Counted from the first letter of the whole stretch, positions 22,290 to 34,321 are shown. The stretch is 63,216 nucleotides of DNA, filler included, from Stramenopiles sp. TOSAG23-6 (GCA_900128565.1; 16 parts of 16 records of this genome joined end to end with filler, not necessarily neighbours in it); one strand, 5' to 3'. Translations and numbers: made by a program. The notes: generated from the sequence alone by a model not told the origin.

Positions 22290-23663
22290 ATGGATAGTTT
22301 ACTCGCGGAGGCTGCAGCCCGCCTTCCAGATGCTAAAATACAGTCCTCTATGCCTAAATTAACTAGAATTAATATTCTGCGCGAAATTGTAGGTACTGTA
22401 AAAGTCTCAAATCAACTTCCCAGTATATCCGACGGCAGTCATGATCAATACATTGCCTCTTCAGAGACTTACCAACAACGTTTCCAAGAGTTCTCTGAGC
22501 GATTACGCAAAGTGATCAATAGTTTATTGTTGCAAGCATCTTCTGAAACCCTTATTGAGTCAGATATTTGTGCGGATGATCAAAGTGAATATGAACCATT
22601 AGTATCCGCTGTTGACACTTTTCTAGAACGCGTTGATGTATCCCTTGATGATATTCGATCTGGTAGTAGTAATAAACAGTCTTCAGTCCGCCATGGTGAA
22701 TTATCGTCGTCTTCGAAACCAAGTAAATATTCCCGTGGTTCTCTGGAGAAACCACAACTGAAATTTAAGGATCCCGTGGATAATTCAAATACTCCATGGA
22801 GGCCCATAATCACGTACAAAGATAATGCAACAACACCGCTTAGGTTAGTCCGTCTTAGGTCCGCCTCAACAGATGGGCGTGTACCACCTTTACTCGAAGC
22901 ACATGCTAAGGCACTCGGTGCTGATATTGATGGTGCAGCTGTGAAGGGTGCCGGTGGAAGCTATGCGCATCCGTACGAGGCAGAGATTAAAATGTTTGAT
23001 TACGAGGATACTCAGCTTGCTCCCAAATCAGTACAAGACTATGAACCAATAGTAAATACGAAAGTGAAATGGATTGATACTCTAGAAGGTCTCAAGGATA
23101 TGTGTGCTACAATTTCACGTCTTCCTCAAGTTGCTGTTGATCTTGAGCATCATTCTCATCATTCTTTTCAAGGAATTACTTGTTTAATGCAGGTATCCAG
23201 CCGAAAAGAAGACTGGATTGTGGATACTCTCTGCCTTCGATCAGAAATGCATATTTGTAATTCTTGGTTTAGTGACAAATCTGTCATTAAAGTGATGCAT
23301 GGTGCTAATAAAGATGTAGAATGGTTACAGCGAGATTTCGGGATATATATTGTGAATTTGTTTGATACAGGACAAGCATCTCGTATCTTGGAGTATCCCT
23401 CTTTTTCGTTGGCTTATTTATTGAAACGACACTGTGATGTCATAGCTCAAAAACAATTTCAGTTGGCTGATTGGAGGATTAGACCACTTACATCTCAAAT
23501 GATTTCATATGCTCAATCAGATACGCATTATCTACTTTATATTGCTGATGTTTTGCAAAATGAACTTTTAGATAAAGAAAAACACGAAAAAGATGATAAA
23601 GAAAAAGATGAAAATGTCTCAGCTACAAGTTATATATCTATTGTATTAGATCGTAGTCGAAAT
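22290..23663 (+). CDS. RRP6: Exosome exonuclease RRP6/EXOSC10, first exon
   Basis: KPQLKF..PVDNS, HPYEAEI, AVDLEHHS..SFQG.TCLMQ, QLADWRIRPL, YAQSDTHYLLYI; donor AAT|GTATGT at 23664. Confidence 0.95.
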
Positions 23664-23920
23664 GTATGTTTTATTTTTTTTTTGTATGAATTTTTTTTTC
23701 GTACGGAATTTTGTACCTAACAAAAANNNNNNNNNNNNNNNNNNNNNNNNNNNNNNNNNNNNNNNNNNNNTTAATTAATTAANNNNNNNNNNNNNNNNNN
23801 NNNNNNNNNNNNNNNNNNNNNNNNNNAAATTTTTTTTTTTTTTTTTTTTTGTTAGGTACAAAATTTCGTATGAAAAAAAAATAAATTCGAAATTCGAAAT
23901 TGAAAAAAAATAAAACATCC

Positions 23921-26635
23921 ATGTTTGGCTTTACATTTTTACAATTTTGTAAAGCTTTTAATAGCCAATTTTTATCATTAATAACGCGATTTGAAATAGG
24001 ACCAATTTTTTGTATATATTCTTTTTGCAATTCATGTAAAGTTTGAGTATTTTGAGTATTTTGTAGTGTTTTTTGAGTATTTTTTGGTGTTTTTTGAGTA
24101 TTTTGTAGTGTTTTTTGAGTATTTTTTAGTGTTTTTTGAGTATTTTTTAGTGTTTTTTGAGCATCTTCATTTTTTAAACATTTTGATTGTTGGCTTGTAG
24201 GGTTAGGGTTTGATCCAAACTGTTCTTTATTGGTAACATTTGTTTTATACCTAGTACGTAAATTTCGAAACCCAACATAATATTGAGAGTTTTTTTGTAA
24301 AGCATTTTTTAACCACTTTTTATTATTAAGAAAACGATTTGGAATATTTCCAATTTTTTTTTTGTATTCTTTTTGTAAATCTTCCAAAGTATTTTGGAAA
24401 AATATTTCAAAAAAAAAAAATCGTTAGGTACAAAATTTCGTACAAAAAAAAAATGTTTTTTTTTACGAAAAAACAAAAAATAAATAAAACATACATATAT
24501 CGAGATTTGTTATTGGTTCCATTTGAGATTTCGTGTTTGATTTAATGTTTGATGGCTCCAATGTACACGACTGACCATTTGATGTTTCAATCTTGCGATT
24601 ATATAAATACTCAAATGCACATAATCGCAAATTGTTATATAATACATGTTGTGTAAAGAAAATATTTAAAAAAAAAAAAAAAATGAGTAAAAAAAAAAAA
24701 ATTTAAAATTTTTTTTTTAAAAAAAAAAAAAAATTAAAAATTTTTTTTTAAAAAAAAAAAAAATTTAAATTTTTTATTAAAAAAAAAAAAAAAAAAAAAT
24801 TCATTATGAAAAAAAAAAAAAAAAAAAAAAAGGTACATTTTCATACAGCATTTGAGTTTTAATCTTTGACCCTTTTGGAAGAAAACTTCTGTACCAATGA
24901 TGTACGGAGTAAATATATATTTGCAAATTAAAAAAAATCTTAGGTACAAAAATTTTCATAGTTAAAAAAAATTTTACATTTCCAGATTTGAAACTAAATT
25001 TTTTTTTTTTTTTTTTTTTTCATTGTTGAAAATAAAATCATACTGTAAATAAGATAAAAAACATACATATAATGTGTTGTGCAATGTCATTGTTTGTAGA
25101 CATCGAATCTTGCCATTAGGCAAAAGGTCAGCTTTAGGTAAATCGATATTTAATTGTTTTCTGTATTGTGAAAAAATATTTTTTTTTTTTTTTTTTTTGA
25201 AATTTTTTTTTGTTAGGTACAAAATTTCCTACGAAAAAAATTTCAAAAAAAAAAAAAAAAATCATGTTGAAAACGTATAAAATCTCATTTGTCAATTTCA
25301 ATGTCAAAATGTTTTCAGCTGGTGTGATAATATCCATGCGCATTAATTTATGCACAAATTTGAAACTATTCTTTTCAACATTATGATCAACAGTATTGTC
25401 TTTTTTTTTTTGTTTTGTTTTTGTTTTTGGTTTCGTTGTAAGTGCAGTGCTTGATGGAACCATTTGCATATTATTTTGTTGTTTATTTTGTTGTTTATTT
25501 TGTATTTTTTTTCCAGACGTTGATGTTTTTTGTTTAGGGTTAGACAAGATGTTAGGGTTAGGAGTAACACGACCATTAGTAGGAGCATTAGTAGTAGGGT
25601 TAGGGTTTGGTGTTGTAAACAATTGAGTTTTATTGAGAAGTTGTCGAATTGAAATTCGAGTTGAATTAACTTTTGGAAAAATATTTCAAAAAAAAAATCG
25701 TTAGGTACAAAATTTCGTACGAAAAACCAAAAAAAAAAAACGAATTTGAAAAAAAATTAAAACAAACATTGAATTTTGAGTCTGTTGTTTTTGTTGTTTT
25801 TGTTGTTTTTGTTGCATTTTTTTGTATTTGTGTAGGATTAGTCTGTTCAATCGTTTTTGTTTTTATGTTTTGTGTGTGTTTTGTTGTTGTTGCTGTTGTT
25901 GTGATTTCTCTTTTTCTTTTTGCTTGAAGAATGTTTTTTGGAAAAATATTTCAAAAAAAATTTTGAAAATTTGTTAGGTACAAAATTTCGTACGAAAATT
26001 TTTTTTTATTGGAAATAAATTAGAAATTCATATAAAACGTACACGAGGAATCGTTCGTGTTTTTTCTGGTCTTCAGCTTTCTTTTTCATTTTATCTTCTT
26101 GTTGTTTTTTATAGACCAATTCTTGTTTCTGTCTTTTGATTTCTCGTTTTTTTCTTTTGATTTCTTCTTTTTTTCTTTTGATATCTTCTTTTTTTTTAGA
26201 TTCCATTTCTTCACGCTTTCGTTTCATTTCTTGGCTTCGAGTGTACTCCAATTCTTCTTGCTTTTGCTTTTCAAGTGACAAAGCTATAATATTCTCATAA
26301 TCATGATACATTTGCTTTGATAATGTATACTGAATCGCCATAATTTGTACAACATATGACCCAAGGGAAGACGCCGCGAGAGCTTCCCGTTGAAAGAGAA
26401 GTTTGATGGCTTCGAGAGACATTCCAAACACTTTTGTTGGTCCCACTTTTAATAAAAAAGACAATACATATGGATTATTTGATGTATGTATATAATCCTT
26501 AATGTTGTGTAACTGGAAAATAGGTACACTATCTTCAATACGAATGGGAGCAATATCCATACCACCACATTGTTTCATTGCATCGACAGTGAAAGTGACG
26601 AGTTGATATTTTGATCCAAGGGGAAGACTTGACAT
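23921..26635 (-). CDS. Hypothetical multi-exon low-complexity gene; introns 25931-26042, 25665-25767, 24900-25066, 24646-24836 (GT-AT), 25161-25278 (AT-AG), 24388-24494 (GT-CT?)
   Basis: Frame is kept across the listed junctions; no family recognised; may be chimeric. Confidence 0.5.
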
Positions 26636-26945
26636 GATGTTTTGTTTAATTTACAATTTCAATACTTTTATATTGTACACTAGTTCATTACACACTTGAA
26701 AGTGTTATATATATATAGCATTAAGCTTAGGATAATCGAAATGAAACACAAAGAAAAAGTTGAAATATTTTTCTCGTTGCGGAAAAAGCGAAAAAGTTTT
26801 GGGGGGAAAATTGGCGCGAAAAGTAGGATTCGATTCGAATTTGAAATTTTTGAAATTTTTGAAAATTTGAAATTTTTTAAAAAATTTGAAATCATTTTTG
26901 TGTTTGTGGGTATAGTTATTAATTAATAGTACTACTACTACGTCA

Positions 26946-27113
26946 TCACTAACACCAGTTATTATACCAGCCTCAGTCGAAAGTATTGAAGATAATGCCT
27001 TCCGTTGGTGCACATTACTAANATNAGTTACTATAGGCAACTCAGTCACTACAATTGGAAATGGAGCCTTCGATGGCTGCACATTCCTAACATAAATTAG
27101 TATACCAGACTCA
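26946..27113 (+). pseudogene. BspA-type (TpLRR/LRR_5) fragment with in-frame TAA
   Basis: VIIPASVESIEDNAFRWC..L..VTIGNSVTTIGNGAFDGCTFLT*ISIPDS; no start codon seen. Confidence 0.8.
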
Positions 27114-27263
27114 CAAAAAATATTGAAATATAATAGTAGTTACTGTTTTATTGTATAAAGAAAACAAAAAATATTGAAATATAATAGTAGTTGCTGTTTT
27201 ATTGTATAAAGAAAACAAAAAGTATTGAAATATAATAGTAGTTACTGTTTTATTGTATAAAGA
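27114..27263. repeat. 51-bp tandem repeat, about 3 copies
   Basis: TATTGAAATATAATAGTAG at 27121, 27172 and 27223. Confidence 0.9.
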
Positions 27264-27506
27264 GAATACCACACTTCGACAAAGAATTTAAAAAAAAAGT
27301 AAAGTTTATTATTATTATAATGTTGACTGTAGGTAGAATGTTACTAAAATCTACATATGTTGAATCCGCGAGCCCTAACCCTACAACACGAAATACACTC
27401 TAAAAAAATATACTCAATCGTCAAGGGAGCATTGTTTTCTTCACGACAATGATATCGATATAGACAACCCTAAAAACCCTAACCCTAACTCATTCAAACC
27501 CTAACC

Positions 27507-27560
27507 CTAATCTTCACTCTCTGAGTCTTCATTCATTGCCAAAATTTCATCGACAGAAAC
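27507..27560 (-). CDS. Short terminal exon VSVDEILAMNEDSESED*
   Basis: Follows core motif and ACAATAAAT acceptor; the stop TAG lies in a TTAGGG repeat. Confidence 0.55.
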   Translation of the reverse strand, partial: VSVDEILAMNEDSESED

Positions 27561-27648
27561 ATTTATTGTAAAAAATATAGTCAAAAAAATCTAAAAAGTT
27601 TTGTTAGGTACAAAATTATCTACGAAAAAAAAATTATTTTTTTTCGGT

Positions 27649-27686
<38 letters not shown>

Positions 27687-27786
27687 NNNNNNNNNNNNNN
27701 NNNNNNNNNNNNNNNNNNNNNNNNNNNNNNTTAATTAATTAANNNNNNNNNNNNNNNNNNNNNNNNNNNNNNNNNNNNNNNNNNNN

Positions 27787-27907
27787 ATACACGCGTTTCT
27801 GATGCAACTGCTAAGATTGGTTCCACTTTAGACCAGGCTACAATATCCTTGGACTTTCCAGCATTTTTTTTACAAAAATACTGAAAAAATAACGCAGAGG
27901 GAGGCAT
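27787..27907 (-). CDS. IFT140-like N-terminal fragment
   Basis: ALFFQY...IVAWSKVEPILAVAS resembles the first WD40 blade of IFT140; truncated by contig end. Confidence 0.45.
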
Positions 27908-28857
27908 ATGAAAATGAAGCGGTTGATTCCAGTGTATTTTCAACGTGACCTTCTTTATTGAGTGAATCTGGCTCAATTGTAATCTAAAAAAGAATCTTTT
28001 GCACTTGTAGTAAGGTTGTTTTTTCTAAGACGTTACAAATTCAACGGTCCAAATAATACCCGGTACTAACTCCCGATAATGTCCGGTATTTCGTGTGCAG
28101 GCGATTTTTTTGAAAACCTCAAGAGCCAATTGGCAATTGGCGCCACCNNNNNNNNNNNNNNNNNNNNNNNNNNNNNNNNNNNNCTTCATCACGAATTGCG
28201 CACCAAGGGAATAATATATGGGAAGGAAATCTCCGCGCAAAAAAATTGTTGTACCAAAATTTGGTACTTAAAATCGACTTTTGAGCTACTCATATTATGA
28301 TGCGAGACTTTTCTGTGAACATACCTGCTCCATATTAGACGCCTCTCTACAAATTCCCCCCATATGATATATAACCATCCGCATTCTTTAAAACAGCTTT
28401 ATTATAATCCTCTTGAAGAAACACTTCAATTCCTTGTGGAATTTCTTCTCGCCACTACTGTCCATTGTTTATGATTGTATGAGACAGCTATAATTTACAC
28501 AGTAAGAGTTGCATAGGTGTGTATTGATTACAACATATATACGACTATCGTATTAGTATTCGATAGTAGCTATAGGAGGAGGAACAAACTCAACGACGAG
28601 TGTTCAGAAATGTTGACATCAATTTGATATATTTTGATTGCTCTCAATTATATAAGGAATTCCGTACTTAAGTTTCGTCGTCATTTTTTTCGTCCGAAAA
28701 AATATTGACTTTCTGGCAGGTTTGTTCACAAATAATCTTCGCATCATAAAAAAAATTCTGAGCTGTGTTCCTTCCCATATATCAAAAGTTGCTTATTTTA
28801 TTTCATCTTGCCTGGCTCAAGATCAAGTCAGTTTAGATTTTTGTTTGATTTTGTCGA

Positions 28858-30798
28858 ATGGTAAAGTTCGGAGAACGGCTTCAACAATATTCCAGAAAAT
28901 GCTGGACTTACATCAACTATGCAAAGTTAGTGGAAATTATTGACAATAGAGCAAGTGGAAAGACATGGTCTCAAAGATTTTTACATGCTCTTGATATTGA
29001 AATTGAAACTGTTAATCAATTTTGGGGTTCAACGCACAGGAAAGTCATAGATGCCGGTCAAAAAACTCTCTATAGCAAAACGTATTCTGTATCTTCGCTT
29101 AATTCTTTGGAGCGCGAAGTTCGAGCTCTTCGCCAGTGGGTTATACTGAATTACTTAGCAGTTCTTAAAATTGTCAAAAAACACGATAAACATGTTTGTG
29201 GAGAGAATCAAATCTCGAAACAGATTAAGGAGCGTCTCTTTAAACAACCATTTTATCAAACTATTCGAAACGACTTATTTGTACGTATGAGTAAACTCAT
29301 CAGACAGTGTCGAGAATATTCTGAACGAGTTTCTTCACCTGATATTGCTGAAGGTAAAGAAAACATAGTACATCCGTCTCAAATTGAGGGTAAAAACAAG
29401 AGTTCCGATGAAAAGTGTCCAATCTGTCTCTCAGATATGGCAGAATGGAGTAGTAGCGCAAGTACTGCTGAGCTCCCTTGTGGACATCGGTTTTGTGTGA
29501 CTTGCCTTTTTGATGCTCACGCCAATGATATTTCTTTATGCCCTCTTTGTCGCAGAGAACAATCATTAAATCCTAGTTGTGTTGAAATATCAATGCTACT
29601 TGGTGCTCCTCCAGATAATCCGGACGAAAGAAAACATTATTATCCATCGAGTGTTGATCCCGCTATTTTGTCAACATACTCCCCTAAACGTTTAACTCCA
29701 GGGAAAAAAAAAGGAGTGAAGAGAATAAAGTTGCCAAAAAATGCAATGTCTGTTGATACTTTTAGAATGATGCAAGAAAAGGAATATAGTTCACCGCAAA
29801 AGGCTTCCACTCCAACTTCAAGTATCACGCCATCATATTTTTCATTTTCACCTGGATTGCGAAGTATCCAAGAGGATTGTACTTGGAATGCAGATGATTC
29901 ATTCTCTACTGAAGAAATTAAAGATTTGAAGTCGGTTCTCGATGTTCCATTTGCAAATAATACCATAATGGATGAAATTGGTAATTTTGATCTATTAGAA
30001 CCCTCAATAACGGGATGCTCCCACCGAAGTCTATTTGATTCAAATATTAATTTGAAATGTCCCTCTCCAGAAGTATCAGATAAGAATCATTTTCAAGTTA
30101 TTAGGCAAGTTGGTATCCCAAAAGCACCTTTGGTCCCAAGAAAACGCGAAAAATCAAAAAATAAGAATAATATGCCCGTGAGACCATTCGGAAGTATTCG
30201 TTGTGGTGGGTGTAATAAGTTTGGTGTGTCGGGGGAATGTTGTAGTAAGTACTATCATGTTGTAGTACGCTCTTCAAGAATGCCAAAAGAAGAACGGTCT
30301 CGTTTACTCAAAGTTCAATTTAAATCATTTGAAGAAGCTGATGAATACAGACATGATTTAGCCATCCGATATCCCCGCAAAGTACCAAAACGAAAATCTT
30401 TTTTACCGAATCCAAAAGGACCTTTGGTTCCGAAAAAAAGTGGTCGGAATCATCTGCCTATACCTCTACCTTTACCATATACTAGTAGAATCAATTGTCG
30501 TGGTGGCGAGAACGTCGATAGTTGCAATCATACAAAAAAACAGCGTTACAGCAATGCAATTCCCCCTCGACAGAATATACATCAAAAAATAATGCCAGAT
30601 ATTTCCTTCACTAGAGAGCAGAATCAAATGCTTGCAATTCAGCGTATGGAGTCTACTATCTTGTCTCTTCAGAATCGTCTTGAACGTACGGAGAGTCGTT
30701 TGATGGAATCTGAAGCAAGAGCACAAAAAGCTGAAAGGAGATATCTAGCAATAGAAAAAACTTTAGGCCATATTCTTGGAGGGCATGAAAAGCATTAA
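28858..30798 (+). CDS. SPX domain + C3HC4 RING E3 ligase (NLA/BAH1-like architecture) with long C-terminal extension
   Basis: MVKFG..YINY..L and LNYLAVLKIVKKHDK (SPX); CPIC..LPCGHRFC..C..CPLCR (RING). Confidence 0.9.
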   Translation: MVKFGERLQQYSRKCWTYINYAKLVEIIDNRASGKTWSQRFLHALDIEIETVNQFWGSTHRKVIDAGQKTLYSKTYSVSSLNSLEREVRALRQWVILNYLAVLKIVKKHDKHVCGENQISKQIKERLFKQPFYQTIRNDLFVRMSKLIRQCREYSERVSSPDIAEGKENIVHPSQIEGKNKSSDEKCPICLSDMAEWSSSASTAELPCGHRFCVTCLFDAHANDISLCPLCRREQSLNPSCVEISMLLGAPPDNPDERKHYYPSSVDPAILSTYSPKRLTPGKKKGVKRIKLPKNAMSVDTFRMMQEKEYSSPQKASTPTSSITPSYFSFSPGLRSIQEDCTWNADDSFSTEEIKDLKSVLDVPFANNTIMDEIGNFDLLEPSITGCSHRSLFDSNINLKCPSPEVSDKNHFQVIRQVGIPKAPLVPRKREKSKNKNNMPVRPFGSIRCGGCNKFGVSGECCSKYYHVVVRSSRMPKEERSRLLKVQFKSFEEADEYRHDLAIRYPRKVPKRKSFLPNPKGPLVPKKSGRNHLPIPLPLPYTSRINCRGGENVDSCNHTKKQRYSNAIPPRQNIHQKIMPDISFTREQNQMLAIQRMESTILSLQNRLERTESRLMESEARAQKAERRYLAIEKTLGHILGGHEKH

Positions 30799-30815
30799 GA
30801 AAACCCCCATTATTA

Positions 30816-31011
30816 TAGGGGGAAAATTTCAATTTGATTCGGGGGATTTCCCCCTAGGGGAATTGGCAAATTTGTTAGGTACAATATTTCGTATGAAAAA
30901 AATTGGAAAAAAAATCGAAAAAAATTCTTAGGTACAAATTTCGTATAAAACAAAATTTCAACAAAATTTCAATTCTACCGGGGGAAAAAATCGGGGGAAA
31001 TTTCCCCCCTA
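30816..31011. repeat. Small element bounded by G5/C5 hairpins and imperfect inverted ends, carrying two intron-core motifs
   Basis: TAGGGGGAAAATTTC ... GAAATTTCCCCCCTA; TTAGGTACAA..TTTCGTAT at about 30875 and 30928. Confidence 0.5.
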
Positions 31012-31196
31012 GCTGGTGGACGTCCTATACCCATTATCATCCTATAAGTTATGTTCTCGTATCATAATTATTAATGTTATTCATTCATTTATTTCTACTT
31101 GTCCCCACTTTCTTACATATAAAAAGAAGTAATTCAAATTTTGTTTTTTATATATAATCGAGTAACTAAATACTACTTTGTCAGCACTTTTTCTAA

Positions 31197-31642
31197 TTAT
31201 CTGCTTCGACCTCTGCCTCTGCCTCTGCCACGGTTCTTATTACTTCTTAAACATTTTTGTTGCGCAACAAGTGCATTTGCATGAGCTTTAAGGTGATGAG
31301 GTATCGTAGAAATATTCTCAAGAACAGCTCCTTTTCCTAGTCTTGGTATTAGATCAATGTTTTCTATTCTTTCAGGACATATTTGGAGTTTAAAAAACTG
31401 CGGTTGATCCGAAGATAACATTCTCTGAGATAATAACTTAACACGTTGTTGTAATGCACGCCTACCTGCAATGGTTTGCTTAATATCTTCCAATGTTTCG
31501 ATTGAATTTTCACGAATGCCAAATAAGAAATCACGGAGTGGAGCAGCAACTTTTGCTTTTATAATACCAGAGTCCATTTCTGAGCATGAGCCGGAACCAG
31601 TACCATCGTTTAAATACATTAAGAGCTCTGGAGGTGCATTTG
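31197..31642 (-). CDS. Hypothetical protein, 3' end with RG-rich tail
   Basis: Open frame from the contig edge to TAA. Confidence 0.55.
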
Positions 31643-31776
31643 NNNNNNNNNNNNNNNNNNNNNNNNNNNNNNNNNNNNNNNNNNNNTTAATTAATTAANN
31701 NNNNNNNNNNNNNNNNNNNNNNNNNNNNNNNNNNNNNNNNNNAAAAAAAAAAAAATTTTTTTCCCAAATTTTTAAA

Positions 31777-31809
<33 letters not shown>

Positions 31810-31882
31810 CAAAGACAATATCACACCTAAATACCTAACAAACCAAAATCTGTTTTTTTTCAAATATTATACTATACTACAT

Positions 31883-33548
31883 GTTTACAGCAGCATTACC
31901 CGCTATTTATTATCCAGTCAGTTTGTTCATTGGTATTACTATATATGTACTGTTTATGCCACGTGTCATTTGGTGGACAGTATATAGAGTTGTTTTTTCG
32001 TGTTTTTATGGTGTTCGATTTCGTGATGCTTTTTTGGGTGATATTATGACGTCACTTGCAAAACCTATGGTTGATTTCGTGTTGGCTGTATGTACACTTA
32101 CAACTACAACAGATTGGTTACATGTATGTGTTATGGTTTTCAATGTTGTACCGAACTTTTTTTTTTTTTTTTTTTTTTTAATAGGAAATTTTGTACCTAA
32201 CAAATTTTTTAGAATTTTTTTTCAATTTTTATCTATTTTTTTTTTGGTTTTCATACGAAATTTTGTACCTAACATAAAAACAATATATTTTTTCATAGTA
32301 CATAACACCAACCCTAACACAATGAAAGTATGCACAAACAAAGATGACGTTATTCAGTATGTATGTTTTATTTTTATTTTTTACAAGAAAATAGAATTTT
32401 TTTTTTTTAAAAAAATAGAAATTTTTTTTTATAGGAAATTTTGTACCTAACAATTTTTTTTTTAGAAAATTTTGGAATATTCTTCAAAAACACATGTACT
32501 ACCGTTTGTGAGTGCTTTACCCTTATTTTTTCGTTTGGTACAAAATTTAGTACGGTATAAGGAGACTTCACGACGTTTTCCACATGTACGTTTTTTTATT
32601 ATTATAATATTTTTTTCATAGTAAATTTTGTACCTAAGCAAAAATCAATTTTTTTTTTAAATTTTTTAAATTTTTTAAATTTTTTAAATTTTTTAAATTT
32701 GATTACAAAAAACAAACAAAAACAAAAGAATTAAATATTTTTCCAAAATAAATGTTTTTAATGCTCTAAAATATGCTGTTGCCCATTCCGTTGTTTTTTT
32801 TGGCACATTTAATAGATTACCAAAGTTTGGACATGTATGTTTTTTTTTTTTTGAAATTCGATTTTTTTTTTCGTACGAAATTTTGTACCTAACAAATTTT
32901 CAAAAAAAAAATTTTGAAATATTTTTCCAAAATTTATCATTTTTCAAGTCATGCTATTCGAATTCTTTATTTTTTTTGTTTTTTAATAGCAACATTATAT
33001 CAATTTATCTGGGATATTTTTGTTGATTGGATGCTAGGGAGGTGTAACCCTAACCCTTTGAAAAAACATGAAAATGTAGAAAATGATGATGAAATTGAAA
33101 ATGATGAAAAAAATACAAAAAATACAAAAAATACAAAAAATAAAAAAAATGATTTAAACCCTAACCCTAGCAGTTATGGTTTACGAGCACATACAATGTA
33201 TCCAATATGGTATTATTATACTGCTATTTTATGTGATTTCGTGTTGCGATTTATTTGGACGTTGACATTAATACCAAGCACAGCTGCAAGCATGTACGTT
33301 TTTGTATCATGAGTGTTTTTTTTTTTTATACGAAATTTTGTACCTAACCACAAAAAAAAATACATTTAGGCATAATTGAATTGATACGACGTGGCATGTG
33401 GGCAGTATTTCGTGTAGAATCACAACAATTATCAAATTTTGAGAAATTTCGTCGTGTTGATTTTATACCGTTACATTTTTCAACACCTGTTTGTTTTTCT
33501 TATGAATCTTTTTTTTCGTAGAACATTTCGTACCTAACCAAACCATAC

Positions 33549-33584
<36 letters not shown>

Positions 33585-33760
33585 TTTTTTTTACCTAACA
33601 AATTTAATTTTTTTTTTGATGGAAATATTTTTTCACTTTGACTGGGGAGGAAATTACAGAAAGATCGAAATTATCTGTTGTATATGAAATTGCATTTTTT
33701 GTTATTACTGTGATTGTTGTAGTTTTTATTGCTTATGCATGTCACCCAAATAAAAGTTAA
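31883..33760 (+). CDS. EXS-domain (XPR1/SYG1/PHO1 family) protein; exons 31883-32123, 32304-32360, 32496-32585, 32754-32834, 32938-33293, 33366-33488, 33644-33760
   Basis: FLGDIMTSLAKP, LPYFFRLVQNLVRY, FPHVFNALKY, WDIFVDW, LRFIWTL, ELIRRGMWAVFRVE; junction 33294-33365 is out of phase (an exon is probably lost in assembly). Confidence 0.9.
32124..32303 (+). other. GT-AT intron (180 nt, two core motifs)
   Basis: CAT|GTATGT...TTTC-ATAGTACAT|AAC; the nearby AG at 32297-32298 is out of frame. Confidence 0.75.
32361..32495 (+). other. GT-AT intron (135 nt)
   Basis: TAT|GTATGT...TTC-AAAAACACAT|GTA gives IQY-VLPFVSALPYFFR. Confidence 0.85.
32586..32753 (+). other. GT-AT intron (168 nt)
   Basis: CAT|GTACGT...TTTTCC-AAAATAAAT|GTT restores conserved FPH-VFNALKY. 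Confidence 0.9.
32835..32937 (+). other. GT-AT intron (103 nt)
   Basis: CAT|GTATGT...core motif...TTTTCC-AAAATTTAT|CAT, phase 0. Confidence 0.8.
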
Positions 33761-34321
33761 AACCCTAACCCTAGATTTTTGTAATATTTAAAAAATTTTG
33801 ACGATCTTGAGATCGATGTTTGAATTTCTGTTACCCGGAACCCCGTTGTCCAAAATTTTTATTTTTTTTTTTACTTGCGATAATCATAATATGTTGGAGA
33901 TTTTCGGATTTTCGAATCACCTTCAAATCGGTCGGTTACTTTCAATCGGGCGGTTACTTTAAATGTCACGTGACTTTAAATCGGGCGGTTATAAAGAATC
34001 TTGGACAAAATCTTCATAATCTAAAATTTCTTGTAAGTTAAACACGATAGACGTATCTTCCTTAACCTTTCCAATGTAATGACTTTCTTCTTGAATCTTT
34101 ATCCCATAGACACACTCATTACTTGTGTCACAACACACTAATACACGTGAGAAAGTTTCGTCAAATTTGCTTCGATAATTTTTTTGTAATCCCCCTTTTC
34201 CCGTTTTTTCCGTTAAACTTAGAGAGTCTCTTTGCGTACAACTTATTCGAGCATACAAACTCACACTGTTCACTTTCTTTCCAACATATATCTTTGCTTT
34301 ATAGTATCGGCCTGCAGAACA

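Noticed and set aside
24655-24835. Poly-A/T ORFs (poly-K/F peptides) in the ORF track
   Set aside because: They are translations of intron homopolymer tracts or low-quality sequence, not genes.
33294-33365. Intron with an unusual CA end in the EXS gene
   Set aside because: The acceptor box is missing and the phases disagree; more likely two introns and a small exon collapsed in assembly.
28858-33760. SPX-RING next to an EXS gene as a phosphate gene cluster
   Set aside because: They are on different contigs; adjacency is due to length sorting.
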